Shown: piece after piece, positions 11,918 to 20,539 of the stretch
How positions within the stretch are numbered: the first letter of the stretch is position 1
Layout: each line of letters begins with the position of its first letter
Assembly: GCF_006345805.1 (NCBI RefSeq)
Contig: NW_021823806.1
Coordinates: 1 to 20,849, forward strand
Origin: Octopus sinensis
Taxonomy: Eukaryota
DNA: 20,849 bases
Direction of reading: 5' to 3'
Position numbers and translations under genes: made by a program
Notes under the pieces: model-generated
Told to the model about the DNA's origin: nothing
The model's input: the letters and a program-made list of their open reading frames with translations, nothing else
The model's database searches: none

Positions 11918-11948
11918 TTTACATGATTCAGTCATTGGACTGCAGCCA
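11918..11948 (-). mobile_element. SINE 3'-terminal remnant truncated at the telomeric array
   Basis: TTTTACATGATTCAGTCATTGGACTGCAGCCA versus TTTTACTTGTTTCAGACATTTGACTGCGGCCA in the 9781 copy; homology stops at 11948. Confidence 0.7.
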
Positions 11949-12421
11949 GGGTTAGCGTTAGGGTTAGGTCTAGGGTTAGGGTTAGAGTTAGAGTTAGAGT
12001 TAGGGTTAGGGTTAGTGTTAGGGTTAGGGTTAGAGTTAGGGTTAGGGTTAGGCTTAGGGGTAGGGTTAGGGTTAGCGTTAAGGTTAGGGTTAGGGTTAGA
12101 GTCAGGTTTAGCCTTAGCGTTAGGGTTAGGTTTAGGGTTAGGGTTAGGGATGGCGTTAGGATTAGGGTTAGGGTTAGGGTTAGGGTAAGCGTTAGGGTTA
12201 GGGTTAGAGTTAGGGTTTAGGGTTAGGGATAGGGTTAGGGTTAGCGTTAGGGTTAGGGTTAGGATTAGCGTTAGGGTTAGCGTTAGGGTTAGGGTTAGGG
12301 TAAGCGTTAGGGTTAGGGTTAGAGTTAGGGTTTAGGGTTAGGGTTAGCGTTAGGGTTAGCGTTAGGGTTAGGGTTAGGGTTAGCGTTAGGGTTAGTGTTA
12401 GGGTTAGGGATAGGGTTAGCG
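11949..12421 (+). repeat. Interstitial telomeric sequence, degenerate (TTAGGG)n
   Basis: Roughly 78 hexamer units by length, with variants TTAGCG, TTAGAG, TAAGCG, TTAGTG and TTTAGGG; flanked on both sides by non-telomeric DNA. Confidence 0.95.
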
Positions 12422-12424
12422 CCT

Positions 12425-12442
12425 CATCATTATCATTATTAA

Positions 12443-12479
<37 letters not shown>

Positions 12480-12539
12480 GTTGTCATTATTATTTTTATT
12501 ATTATCATTATCATTATTATTATTATTGTTATTGTTATC

Positions 12540-12621
<82 letters not shown>
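12425..12621. repeat. (ATT)n microsatellite
   Basis: Directly visible. Confidence 0.95.
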
Positions 12622-12765
12622 GCAAAAACCTAGCTTCAAAATTAATTACTAGCTGACTAGCTCGCAGGCTGGCTGGTTCGATGATTTGGCTTATCAAGGT
12701 CATGTCCCATTGGAGATTGTTGCCCGCAGAATAAAACGTAAACAAGATCAGTAACGACACCTATA

Positions 12766-12812
12766 CATGTATGTATGTATGTATGTATGTATGTATGTAT
12801 GTATGTATGTAC
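12766..12812. repeat. (ATGT)n microsatellite
   Basis: Directly visible. Confidence 0.9.
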
Positions 12813-13039
12813 GTGCGTAGGTATATCTGACAAGTAAAATGATGTCAAAAGCAAAGTTGACCTTATAACGAAACAACGTAGGACAGTTGCAACCTAGAAA
12901 GGGGATACAGTTACATTTAAGTGAAATAATACAAAAGTACATTTTAAGCCCACGATTTCAGAAGCGCGCTGAACTGCCGAAATATTGAAGAATAGAATAG
13001 TTTGTTTTTTGTCTTTTGTCTATATACTTTATTTTTTTT

Positions 13040-13122
13040 TACCTGTTTTCAGTCATTACACTGTGGTCATGGTGGGGCACCGCCTTGCGGGATATTTTAG
13101 TCGGACAAATGAAACCTAGTAC

Positions 13123-13123
<1 letters not shown>
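13040..13123 (-). mobile_element. Diverged SINE 3' fragment
   Basis: Minus strand TAAGTACTAGG...CGACTAAAA...AAGGCGGTGCCCCACCATGACCACAGT...ATGACTGAAAACAGGTAAAA. Confidence 0.7.
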
Positions 13124-13154
<31 letters not shown>

Positions 13155-13158
13155 GTTG

Positions 13159-13208
<50 letters not shown>

Positions 13209-13215
13209 GTTGTTG

Positions 13216-13258
<43 letters not shown>

Positions 13259-13299
13259 CATTATTATTATTATTATTATTATTGTTATTGTTATTGTTG

Positions 13300-13350
<51 letters not shown>

Positions 13351-13359
13351 GTGTTGTTA

Positions 13360-13390
<31 letters not shown>

Positions 13391-13398
13391 CATTATTA

Positions 13399-13453
<55 letters not shown>
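13124..13453. repeat. (ATT)n/(GTT)n tract forming the 3' tail/target of the adjacent Dong fragment
   Basis: Directly visible; abuts the 3' UTR of the 13454-13801 element. Confidence 0.93.
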
Positions 13454-13455
<2 letters not shown>

Positions 13456-13801
13456 GTTTAACTGTTGCTTTATATTTGTAAAAGTTAACTCCAAGTCTCA
13501 CCCAGAGACCTCAAGAGACAACAGGTTTGAAGTCCGTGTTGTTGTTATGCCTAGTGTGCCATATATTTGGTTTTGTAGTTAGTGTTGTACTAGTGAATGT
13601 CTAAAAAAAAACATACCATAATTATGTTTGTTTTAAAACTTGAGATTACATAGAAAGTATTTTGCGTAGGATATGAGCAGTTCCCATGAGAACTATCTTT
13701 TGAATTTCTGCCATTTTGGGGTTTCCTGGTATCTGAGTTAGGTAGCAATCAGCCCCTTTTGCTATCATTCCCAGGGCACCTATGACAACAGGTATTGTTT
13801 T
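13454..13801 (-). mobile_element. 3'-terminal fragment of an R4/Dong non-LTR retrotransposon (end of RLE domain plus 3' UTR)
   Basis: Minus frame KTIPVVIGALGMIAKGADCYLTQIPGNPKMAEIQKIVLMGTAHILRKILSM* (stop 13646-13648) is homologous to ETIPIIVGALGMIKK...LGTAHILRRTLSIQ* of the plus-strand element; ends in (TAA)n. Confidence 0.9.
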
Positions 13802-13802
13802 A

Positions 13803-13818
13803 GTATTATTATTATTAT

Positions 13819-13859
<41 letters not shown>

Positions 13860-13862
13860 TCA
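13803..13862. repeat. (TAT)n/(TAG)n tract
   Basis: Directly visible. Confidence 0.9.
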
Positions 13863-13865
13863 TTA

Positions 13866-14220
13866 AGGCAGTGGGCTGCATTTCTTCCTTTGTTTTTCCT
13901 TTTTTCTCTGCTTTCAATACTCCCTCGTTCCTAAATGTCACTAGCAAGGTTTCCTTACTGTGGACCAGGTATCTCATGAAGCTCTCGAGTTCGATCCGCA
14001 CGCAGTCCTCCACACTCATCACTCCTCTTCCTCCATTTGCTCTCTTCATGTATAAGCGATCAGTGTCCGTACGTATATGATGGGCGCCACGCATCGTTAG
14101 AAGCTTTCTTGACTTCCCGTCCATCTCCTTTAGTTCCTCCTCTGTCCACTTATGGATTCCAGCGCCGTACCGAACTACTGCGACTGCGCGAGAGTTTATT
14201 ACCGAAATTATGTTATGGAA
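13866..14220 (-). pseudogene. Old R4/Dong element, post-RT segment (piece C)
   Basis: HNIISVINSRAVAVVRYGAGIHKWT...DRLYMKRANGGRGV aligns to KNKIIGINTLAV...NWT...ERLYIQRIEGGRGL of the young element. Confidence 0.9.
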
Positions 14221-14269
14221 GGGATTATCGTTCACTAGATAACAATGGCACTCTTCTTTTAATTTTGAC

Positions 14270-14308
14270 TAATAATAATAATAATAATAATAATATAATA
14301 ATAATAAT

Positions 14309-14339
<31 letters not shown>

Positions 14340-14386
14340 CAATAATAATAATAATAATGATAATAATAATAATAATAATAATAGTA

Positions 14387-14442
<56 letters not shown>

Positions 14443-14488
14443 CAACAATAATAATAATAATGATAATAATAATAATAATAATAATAAT
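14270..14488. repeat. (AAT)n tract, 5' flank of young Dong element
   Basis: Directly visible. Confidence 0.95.
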
Positions 14489-15229
14489 ATGGAAGGAAAA
14501 TAATAGAGATTTAGACTTGGATACAGCAATGAACCCAAATAAATTAGCTAACGTACGAAGATACATTCTCAACACAAAAAAAATATCAGAAATAGAAATA
14601 GAACACCTAAAAGAAAACATACACCAGGAAAATGTAGATAGAGGCCACACAACAATGCCCAATAATATAAACACTGAAACTGTAAAACACGAAGACAAAC
14701 GCAAGATTCAACAAACACGATGTAAACAACGAAGGGGAGCCTAATGATTATGATAATATAAAAAATAAAATAATCAAAGACTAAAAACCACAGAGCTCAA
14801 AATGGACCACCGACCATACCTCCCAAGAATAAAATAACGCAATAACAACACCAATTATAAACAACATAAACCTAGCCGTCACTGAACTAGCCACTGAAAC
14901 AAAAAAAAGTGATATCACTGAACTAAATGACTTATATACGCAGCACCCACTGCAGCCACAAAAGAGCTGGATACTCACCCAAACCCGCCCAAACAGGAGT
15001 ACCACCACCCAAAAAACCCTGTGGATAAATAACATCCAAAACAAAATAAAAAAATTAGAAAAGACCTGTCGATTCTTAATGAAATCAGCAAACAAGCAAC
15101 GCTACTGAGCAACAAAAAGAGAACAAAAATGCTCCGCAAATATAACCACAGAAAAAGATTTGCGGAGATAAAAGAAAAGCTGAAGCAAGATATCCTTGCC
15201 AAAGCTCAAAGGATCCGCCGGTACGAGAA

Positions 15230-16786
15230 CGCCAACGCTTCTTTGAACAGAACAAAAAGTTCAACTCCGACCCCAAAAAGTTCTACCAAGAACTGGGCAA
15301 AAATAAAATAGAAGTCACTGCAGCACCAACGGCAGAAGAATTGGAAGAATTCTGGGGAGAAATATGGTCGGCGAACGAACCACCAAAAAAAAGGAGTATC
15401 AAAATAACAAACTCGGCATCTGAAAACTTGGACCCCATAACAACTGAAGAGGTCACCCAGGCACTGCAAAGACTAAGCAACTGGAAGGCACCTGGGCATG
15501 ACAAGATCCCCAACTTCTGGTTGAAATATCTAACAGGAATGCACAAAAAGCTGGCTGAAAACTTTAACAACGTACTAGCAGAGCCAGAGACAATGCCTGA
15601 ATGGCTCACGAAGGGGAAAACCATCTTAATTCCCAAATCAAATGAAACAGAAAAACCAGAAAACTACAGACCAATAACCTGCCTCCCTACTATGTTCAAG
15701 GCATTTACTGCAGTGATATCACAAAGGCTGAACAAGCACCTGGACGAAAACAAACTGTTCCCAGAAGAGCAGAAAGGATGCCGCAAAGGCTCATATGGCT
15801 GTAAAGATCAACTAATGATTAATAAAGCCATAACTGAAGACAGCCACAGAAAGAAGAAAGGCCTCAGTATGGCCTGGATTGACTACAAAAAGGCGTTTGA
15901 TAGCATCCCCCACACATGGATCCTCGAAACACTAGCCATTAACAAAGTAGCACCAACAATCATAAAATTCATAGAGCACTCTATGAATAAATGGCAAACA
16001 GTCCTACACCTCCAAACAAAAGAGGGACTCATGAAAACCAAAGACATCCCCATTAGAAGAGGAATATTCCAGGGAGATACGCTCTCTCCACTCCTTTTCT
16101 GCTTGGCACTGTCACCTCTATCTGATATGCTAAATAGAACTGGATGCGGATATAAATGTTACGGCAAAACGATCAGCCACCTTTTATATATGGATGACCT
16201 AAAACTATACGCTGCAAATGACAAACAGCTGGAAACACTATTAAAGACAGTTCATGGATTTACCAAAGAAATAGATATGAAATTTGGATTAGAAAAATGC
16301 GCCAAAGTAACCATGAAAAGAGGAAAACTAGTTAAGAGTAACAACATCACACTAGATGAAGCACATGAAATAAAAGAATTAGACCAAAGCCAAACTTACA
16401 AATACTTAGGAATCCATGAACTAGATAAGACACAACACACACAAATGAAAGAGAAAATAAAAAAAGAATATTATAGACGAGTTAGATCAATACTAAACAC
16501 AGAGCTCAATGCTAAAAACAAGATAATAGGTATCAACACTTTAGCTGTCCCAGTTATAAGTTACAGCTACAATATCCTTAACTGGACACGAAATGAACTG
16601 ACCAAAATAGACAGGAAAACAAGAAAAATAATGACAGGATCTAGGATGCATCACCCAAAATCTGACATAGAAAGACTATATATACAACGTATAGAAGGTG
16701 GTAGAGGCCTTATACAGCTGGAAAACTACTATAAAATAACCACCATAGGACTGCAAAAATATCTACTTCAGAAGGAAGGAAACTGA
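15230..16786 (+). CDS. Uninterrupted reverse transcriptase core reading frame of the Dong element (open from 15230; track ORF starts 15341)
   Basis: No stop from RQRFFEQNKKF (15230) to 16786; the non-LTR RT motifs are present in order. Confidence 0.92.
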   Translation, partial: RQRFFEQNKKFNSDPKKFYQELGKNKIEVTAAPTAEELEEFWGEIWSANEPPKKRSIKITNSASENLDPITTEEVTQALQRLSNWKAPGHDKIPNFWLKYLTGMHKKLAENFNNVLAEPETMPEWLTKGKTILIPKSNETEKPENYRPITCLPTMFKAFTAVISQRLNKHLDENKLFPEEQKGCRKGSYGCKDQLMINKAITEDSHRKKKGLSMAWIDYKKAFDSIPHTWILETLAINKVAPTIIKFIEHSMNKWQTVLHLQTKEGLMKTKDIPIRRGIFQGDTLSPLLFCLALSPLSDMLNRTGCGYKCYGKTISHLLYMDDLKLYAANDKQLETLLKTVHGFTKEIDMKFGLEKCAKVTMKRGKLVKSNNITLDEAHEIKELDQSQTYKYLGIHELDKTQHTQMKEKIKKEYYRRVRSILNTELNAKNKIIGINTLAVPVISYSYNILNWTRNELTKIDRKTRKIMTGSRMHHPKSDIERLYIQRIEGGRGLIQLENYYKITTIGLQKYLLQKEGN

Positions 16787-16934
16787 TCCAGATAGCGGCA
16801 AAACACGAGCAAAACAAAAAACTGTTCTCAGTATTTAAGGAAGCTGACAAATACAAACAAGAAATCATACCACCTAATAAACATGAAGAAGAAGAAGAAG
16901 AAGAAGATGAAGAAAAACAAAAGCTATAAAAAAA

Positions 16935-17747
16935 ATGAAATCCAAACTAAAAATAGAACAGCAACGAACCATGATAAAACGATGGCAAGAAAAGCCCCTT
17001 CATGGTAAATACTGGACTAAACTAAACGCAAAAGAAATAGACAAAGAAAAATCCCAGCAATGGTTGAGAAGCTCAGGACTCAAAGCAGAAACAGAGGGAT
17101 TTTTAATTGCAGCACAAGACCAAAGCCTCCCCACCAGAAATTACCAAAAACATGTAATGAAAAGAAATATTACAAGTAACTGCAGAATATGTGGAGATGG
17201 ACAAGAAACAATAAATCATATTATCTCTAGCTGCCCAGTCCTGGCTAAGAAGGAATATATTCACAGACATGACAGAGTTGGAACCTACATACATTGGAAG
17301 CTATGCCAACATTATGGAATAACAACAGAAAAAAGATGGTATAGGCACACACCAGAAAAGGTCACAGAAAACGAGAAAGCAACCATACTCTGGGATATGC
17401 CGATACACACAGATAGAGAAATTAAGGCCAACAGACCAGATATAGTTGTCAGAGACCATGAAGAAAAAAATGCTTTCTAATTGATGTATCAGTACGGCAG
17501 ATGACAACGTGTCTCTAAAAGAAATGGAGAAACTCCCAAAATACAAAGACCTGGAAATAGAGGTAACTAGAATGTGGAATCTGAAAACAGAAACAATTCC
17601 TATCATAGTAGGTGCATTAGGCATGATAAAAAAATATTCAGACAAATACATAACAAAAACACCAGGACTTACAAACACATATAACATACAGAAATTGCAC
17701 TACTAGGCACTGCACACATCCTACGCAGAACACTTTCCATACAATAA
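16935..17747 (+). pseudogene. CCHC zinc knuckle plus restriction-like endonuclease region of the Dong ORF (frameshifted as assembled)
   Basis: WQEKPLHG, ETEGFLIAAQDQ, CCHC, RHD, PD-(D/E)xK-type motifs; frameshifts near 17470, 17495 and 17695. Confidence 0.9.
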
Positions 17748-17847
17748 CCATCAGAGCATCACAACAAATCACAGCACATACCCAAGGCACACAGAGCTGC
17801 GCTCGGTAGTGAAGTGAAAGCACGCTATTAAAATAAAAATAAAACTA

Positions 17848-17850
<3 letters not shown>

Positions 17851-17924
<74 letters not shown>

Positions 17925-17928
17925 CAAC

Positions 17929-17964
<36 letters not shown>
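17851..17964. repeat. (AAT)n tract, 3' tail of young Dong element
   Basis: Directly visible. Confidence 0.95.
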
Positions 17965-18259
17965 TTATCTTTGAATCCAGTATTCTTTTCATTCCCCGCA
18001 GGTACTGCCTTTTTGTCTTTTCTTTCATGTCACTGTTTGATTCCATCTGCTTCAAGTATTTCCAGGTATTTATAACTAGATCGTGGTTAAATCATCATTT
18101 CACCACTTGGCAACCATATACCTTCTGTTTTGAAAAGCTTTCCTCATCTCATCCCCATCGTAGCACACTTTGAGTGTTCAGACTCCATCTTAATATCAGT
18201 GGAGAAAATTCGCACAGACTGGACTAGGTTGTCCAGTTCTGCCTCAGCTTTTTCCAAAT

Positions 18260-18540
18260 GTTGTTATATTTCGGAATGGTCATTTTGCCACTTTAGCCAA
18301 TAAAAACACACGCACTATATATTTGGTGTTATTTTGCTTCAGTGTTATTTATTTTTTTATTTTTTACATTAATCTTAATCATATTTCGGCCAGAGTTCTT
18401 TCGTCACACTCCTGTGACCGCATCAGTGGTCCTTTGCGTGTGTTTTTATTGGCTAAACTGGCAAAATGACCATTCCAAAATATAACAATATCTGTTTCAA
18501 CACACGACTTCACATCAAAAATCTTGCACAACAAATACTA
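18260..18540 (-). mobile_element. 281-bp insertion with 54-bp inverted arms and a hammerhead motif; probable Penelope-like pLTR derivative
   Basis: TSD TTTTTCC(A/G)AAT at 18249-18259 and 18541-18551; arms 18262-18315 and 18435-18488 are reverse complements with 2 mismatches. Confidence 0.75.
18388..18432 (-). ncRNA. Minimal type I hammerhead ribozyme-like motif (variant core)
   Basis: GGACCA CUGAUG CG GUCACA-GGAG-UGUGAC GAAA GAAC UC UGGCC: stem I CCA/UGG, perfect 6-bp stem II, vestigial stem III, cleavage triplet CUC; core reads CUGAUGCG rather than CUGAUGA. Confidence 0.6.
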
Positions 18541-18958
18541 TTTTTCCGAATAGTTTCAGGTCTTCCATGAGTAACAAGTGGTTCAGTTTTCTCCTACCAC
18601 TTCCCACATCATACCCCAACTTTGTTTTCTCAGGGGGGGGGATCATTTCAAGCACGAGGACCAGTGGAGACAGACTGTCCCCCTGGAAGATACCTCTCTT
18701 GATTTTCACCTTTCCGAAATATAACAATATCTGTTTCAACACACGACTTCACATCAATAATCTTGCACAAACAAATATATATTTTCCGAATAGTTTCAGG
18801 TCTTCCATGAGTAACAAGTGGTTCAGTTTTCTCCTACCACTTCCCACATCACACACCAACTTTGTTTTCTCAGGGGGGGGGATCATTCCCAGCACGAAGA
18901 CCATTGGAGACACACTGTCCCCCCGCGGAAGATACCTCCCTTAATTTTTCACCTTTCC
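18473..18958. repeat. ~240-bp tandem duplication spanning the insert/RT junction
   Basis: Units start at 18473 (TTCCAAAATATAAC) and 18712 (TTCCGAAATATAAC) and stay collinear through GATACCTC...TTCACCTTTCC. Confidence 0.92.
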
Positions 18959-19487
18959 TAAAATCTGCTTCCCTGCTGTCAATTCTGTTCTCCATCATTT
19001 CATGCTATTCCATAAAAGGCTTCTCATATTTTCTGCTACTCCATACATTTCCATTGTTTTATTATCCAACTGTGTGGTATCGTATCGTATCGTATCGTAT
19101 GCTTTACAATAGTCAACCCATGCCGTGCTCAGGTTTGCGTGTCTTCTCTTGCAGTTCCTGATAATTAGGATTATCAATTAAGCGCTGATCCTTCGATGCC
19201 CACCTCCTCTTTCAGCATCTTTTCTGTCCAATAGATAGCAGCCCACTGTTTTCCAGGTATCTACACAGTTCACCGGTCAATGCACCTGACATTAGTTTCC
19301 ACATTAGCGGATATTATTATTGTTGTTGTTGTTGTTGTTTTACTGAAAGCAAGTAAAAGGATAAAGACAAAAGACAAACTGTATTCTACCTGTCTACCTA
19401 CCTACCTAATTATCTATCTATCTATCTATATATTTAATTATCTGTCCACATATGCAAGCTTCTTACTACACAACTAGACCTGCGCCT

Positions 19488-19550
<63 letters not shown>

Positions 19551-19560
19551 CATATATATA

Positions 19561-19682
19561 TCACATGATCACGATCACGTGACCGACAAGACTATCAGAT
19601 GTTGTTACACATCGCTGGTCACAATGTGTTCGCAGTGTTTTAGCCTTCGAATGACGCCACCCCGCTGGCTAAGCGTGCAGGC

Positions 19683-19736
<54 letters not shown>

Positions 19737-19880
19737 AGTTTTTTTATTCTCTCTCTGTTAATTTTTTCGTGTTCGTTCTGTTGAAGAGTGTAGGCTCGAA
19801 ACGTAAAAGACATTCTAACTTTCCCGAGTGTCAAAATAATACACTGCTTGTTGTTTATAAGCCTGTCTTCGTCTTTGTTT
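19561..19880 (+). mobile_element. Unclassified interspersed repeat, interrupted by (TA)n, containing a hammerhead-like motif
   Basis: Recalled as a common Octopus repeat (CACGTGACCGAC...GACGCCACCCCGCTGGCTAAGCG; GAAGAGYGTAGGCTCGAAACGT); not verifiable within the window. Confidence 0.45.
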
Positions 19881-19964
19881 TTCTATCTATATATAATATA
19901 TATTATATATATATATATATCTATATATATATATATATATATTATAATATATATTATATATATA

Positions 19965-20092
19965 CACTTAGCAGTTCGGCAAAAGAGACCGATAGAATAA
20001 GTACTAGGCTTACAAAGAATAAGTCTTGGGGTTGATTTGCTCGACTAAAAGGCGGTGCTCCCAGCACGGCCACAGTCAAATGACTGAAACAA
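19965..20092 (+). mobile_element. SINE 3' half
   Basis: TTAGCAGTTCGGCAAAAGAGACCGATAGAATAAGTACTAGGC...GGCGGTGCTCCCAGCACGGCCACAGTCAAATGACTGAAACAA. Confidence 0.9.
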
Positions 20093-20539
20093 ATTTATAA
20101 AAAATACATACACATGTATATATATGTAATATATTAATAAATAAAATAAAACATATGCATATATATAAGCATATATGTACGTACCTACCTCCACATGTAC
20201 ATATACACGCATATATGAGTACAGGACACCAAAAAGGACGTCGAACACAATGAGAAACGAAAACAGACACAAACCAAAGGAACTGGACATTTATTAAAAA
20301 CAGAAAAAAAAAAAGAATACAGGACAATTAACACAAGGAAAAAACCCTTCTTCAGTCGCTAAAGCTTTCATCTACTCTACGTTTCGAAGGATAAAAGCGA
20401 GACGTATCTTCGACAAGAAAACTTTCCTTCCTGCGAAAAGCAGAGATCTTTTCGCAGAGGGGTAAAAAATAGTAACAACAGGACAGTAACGACAGTGCAA
20501 ATAGTAAACAGTATAAGACAGGACAAGGAAAACAAGATA

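Larger units (their letters stand above)
14489..17850 (+). mobile_element. R4/Dong-clade RLE non-LTR retrotransposon, 5'-truncated within the ORF N-terminus, inserted in (TAA)n
   Basis: One long ORF broken by frameshifts; RT motifs NYRPITCL, WIDYKKAFDS, GIFQGDTLSP, YMDD (16187-16198), YKYLG; CCHC knuckle CRICGDGQETINHIISSC (17181-17234); RHD, RPDIVV (17436), LIDV, EKLPKY; stop 17745-17747; ~100 bp 3' UTR; (AAT)n on both sides. TAA-repeat targeting is established for Dong. Confidence 0.95.
17965..19311 (-). pseudogene. Old, decayed R4/Dong RT region (pieces A/B), 5'-truncated at ~19311, interrupted by a 281-bp insert and a ~240-bp duplication
   Basis: Minus frames PLMWKLMSG...YLENSGLL, AWVDYCKAYD, KRGIFQGDSLSPL, HLLLMEDLKLFGK, ELDNLVQSVRIFSTDIKME, YKYL, MKEKTKRQYLRGMKRILDSKIN; multiple stops and frameshifts. 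Confidence 0.9.

Noticed and set aside
11949-12421. True chromosome end, or the LGLG ORF at 11835-12188
   Set aside because: Ordinary DNA continues for 8 kb and the units are degenerate; the ORF is the telomere repeat translated.
12416-14704. Poly-Ile/Leu/Tyr ORFs
   Set aside because: Translations of (ATT)n tracts.
20374-20422. Fifth hammerhead-like motif (minus strand, ...GAAACGUA GAG)
   Set aside because: Core reads UUGUCGAA (two essential changes) and stem II is poorly defined; a simple CGAAG/CTTCG stem explains it as well.
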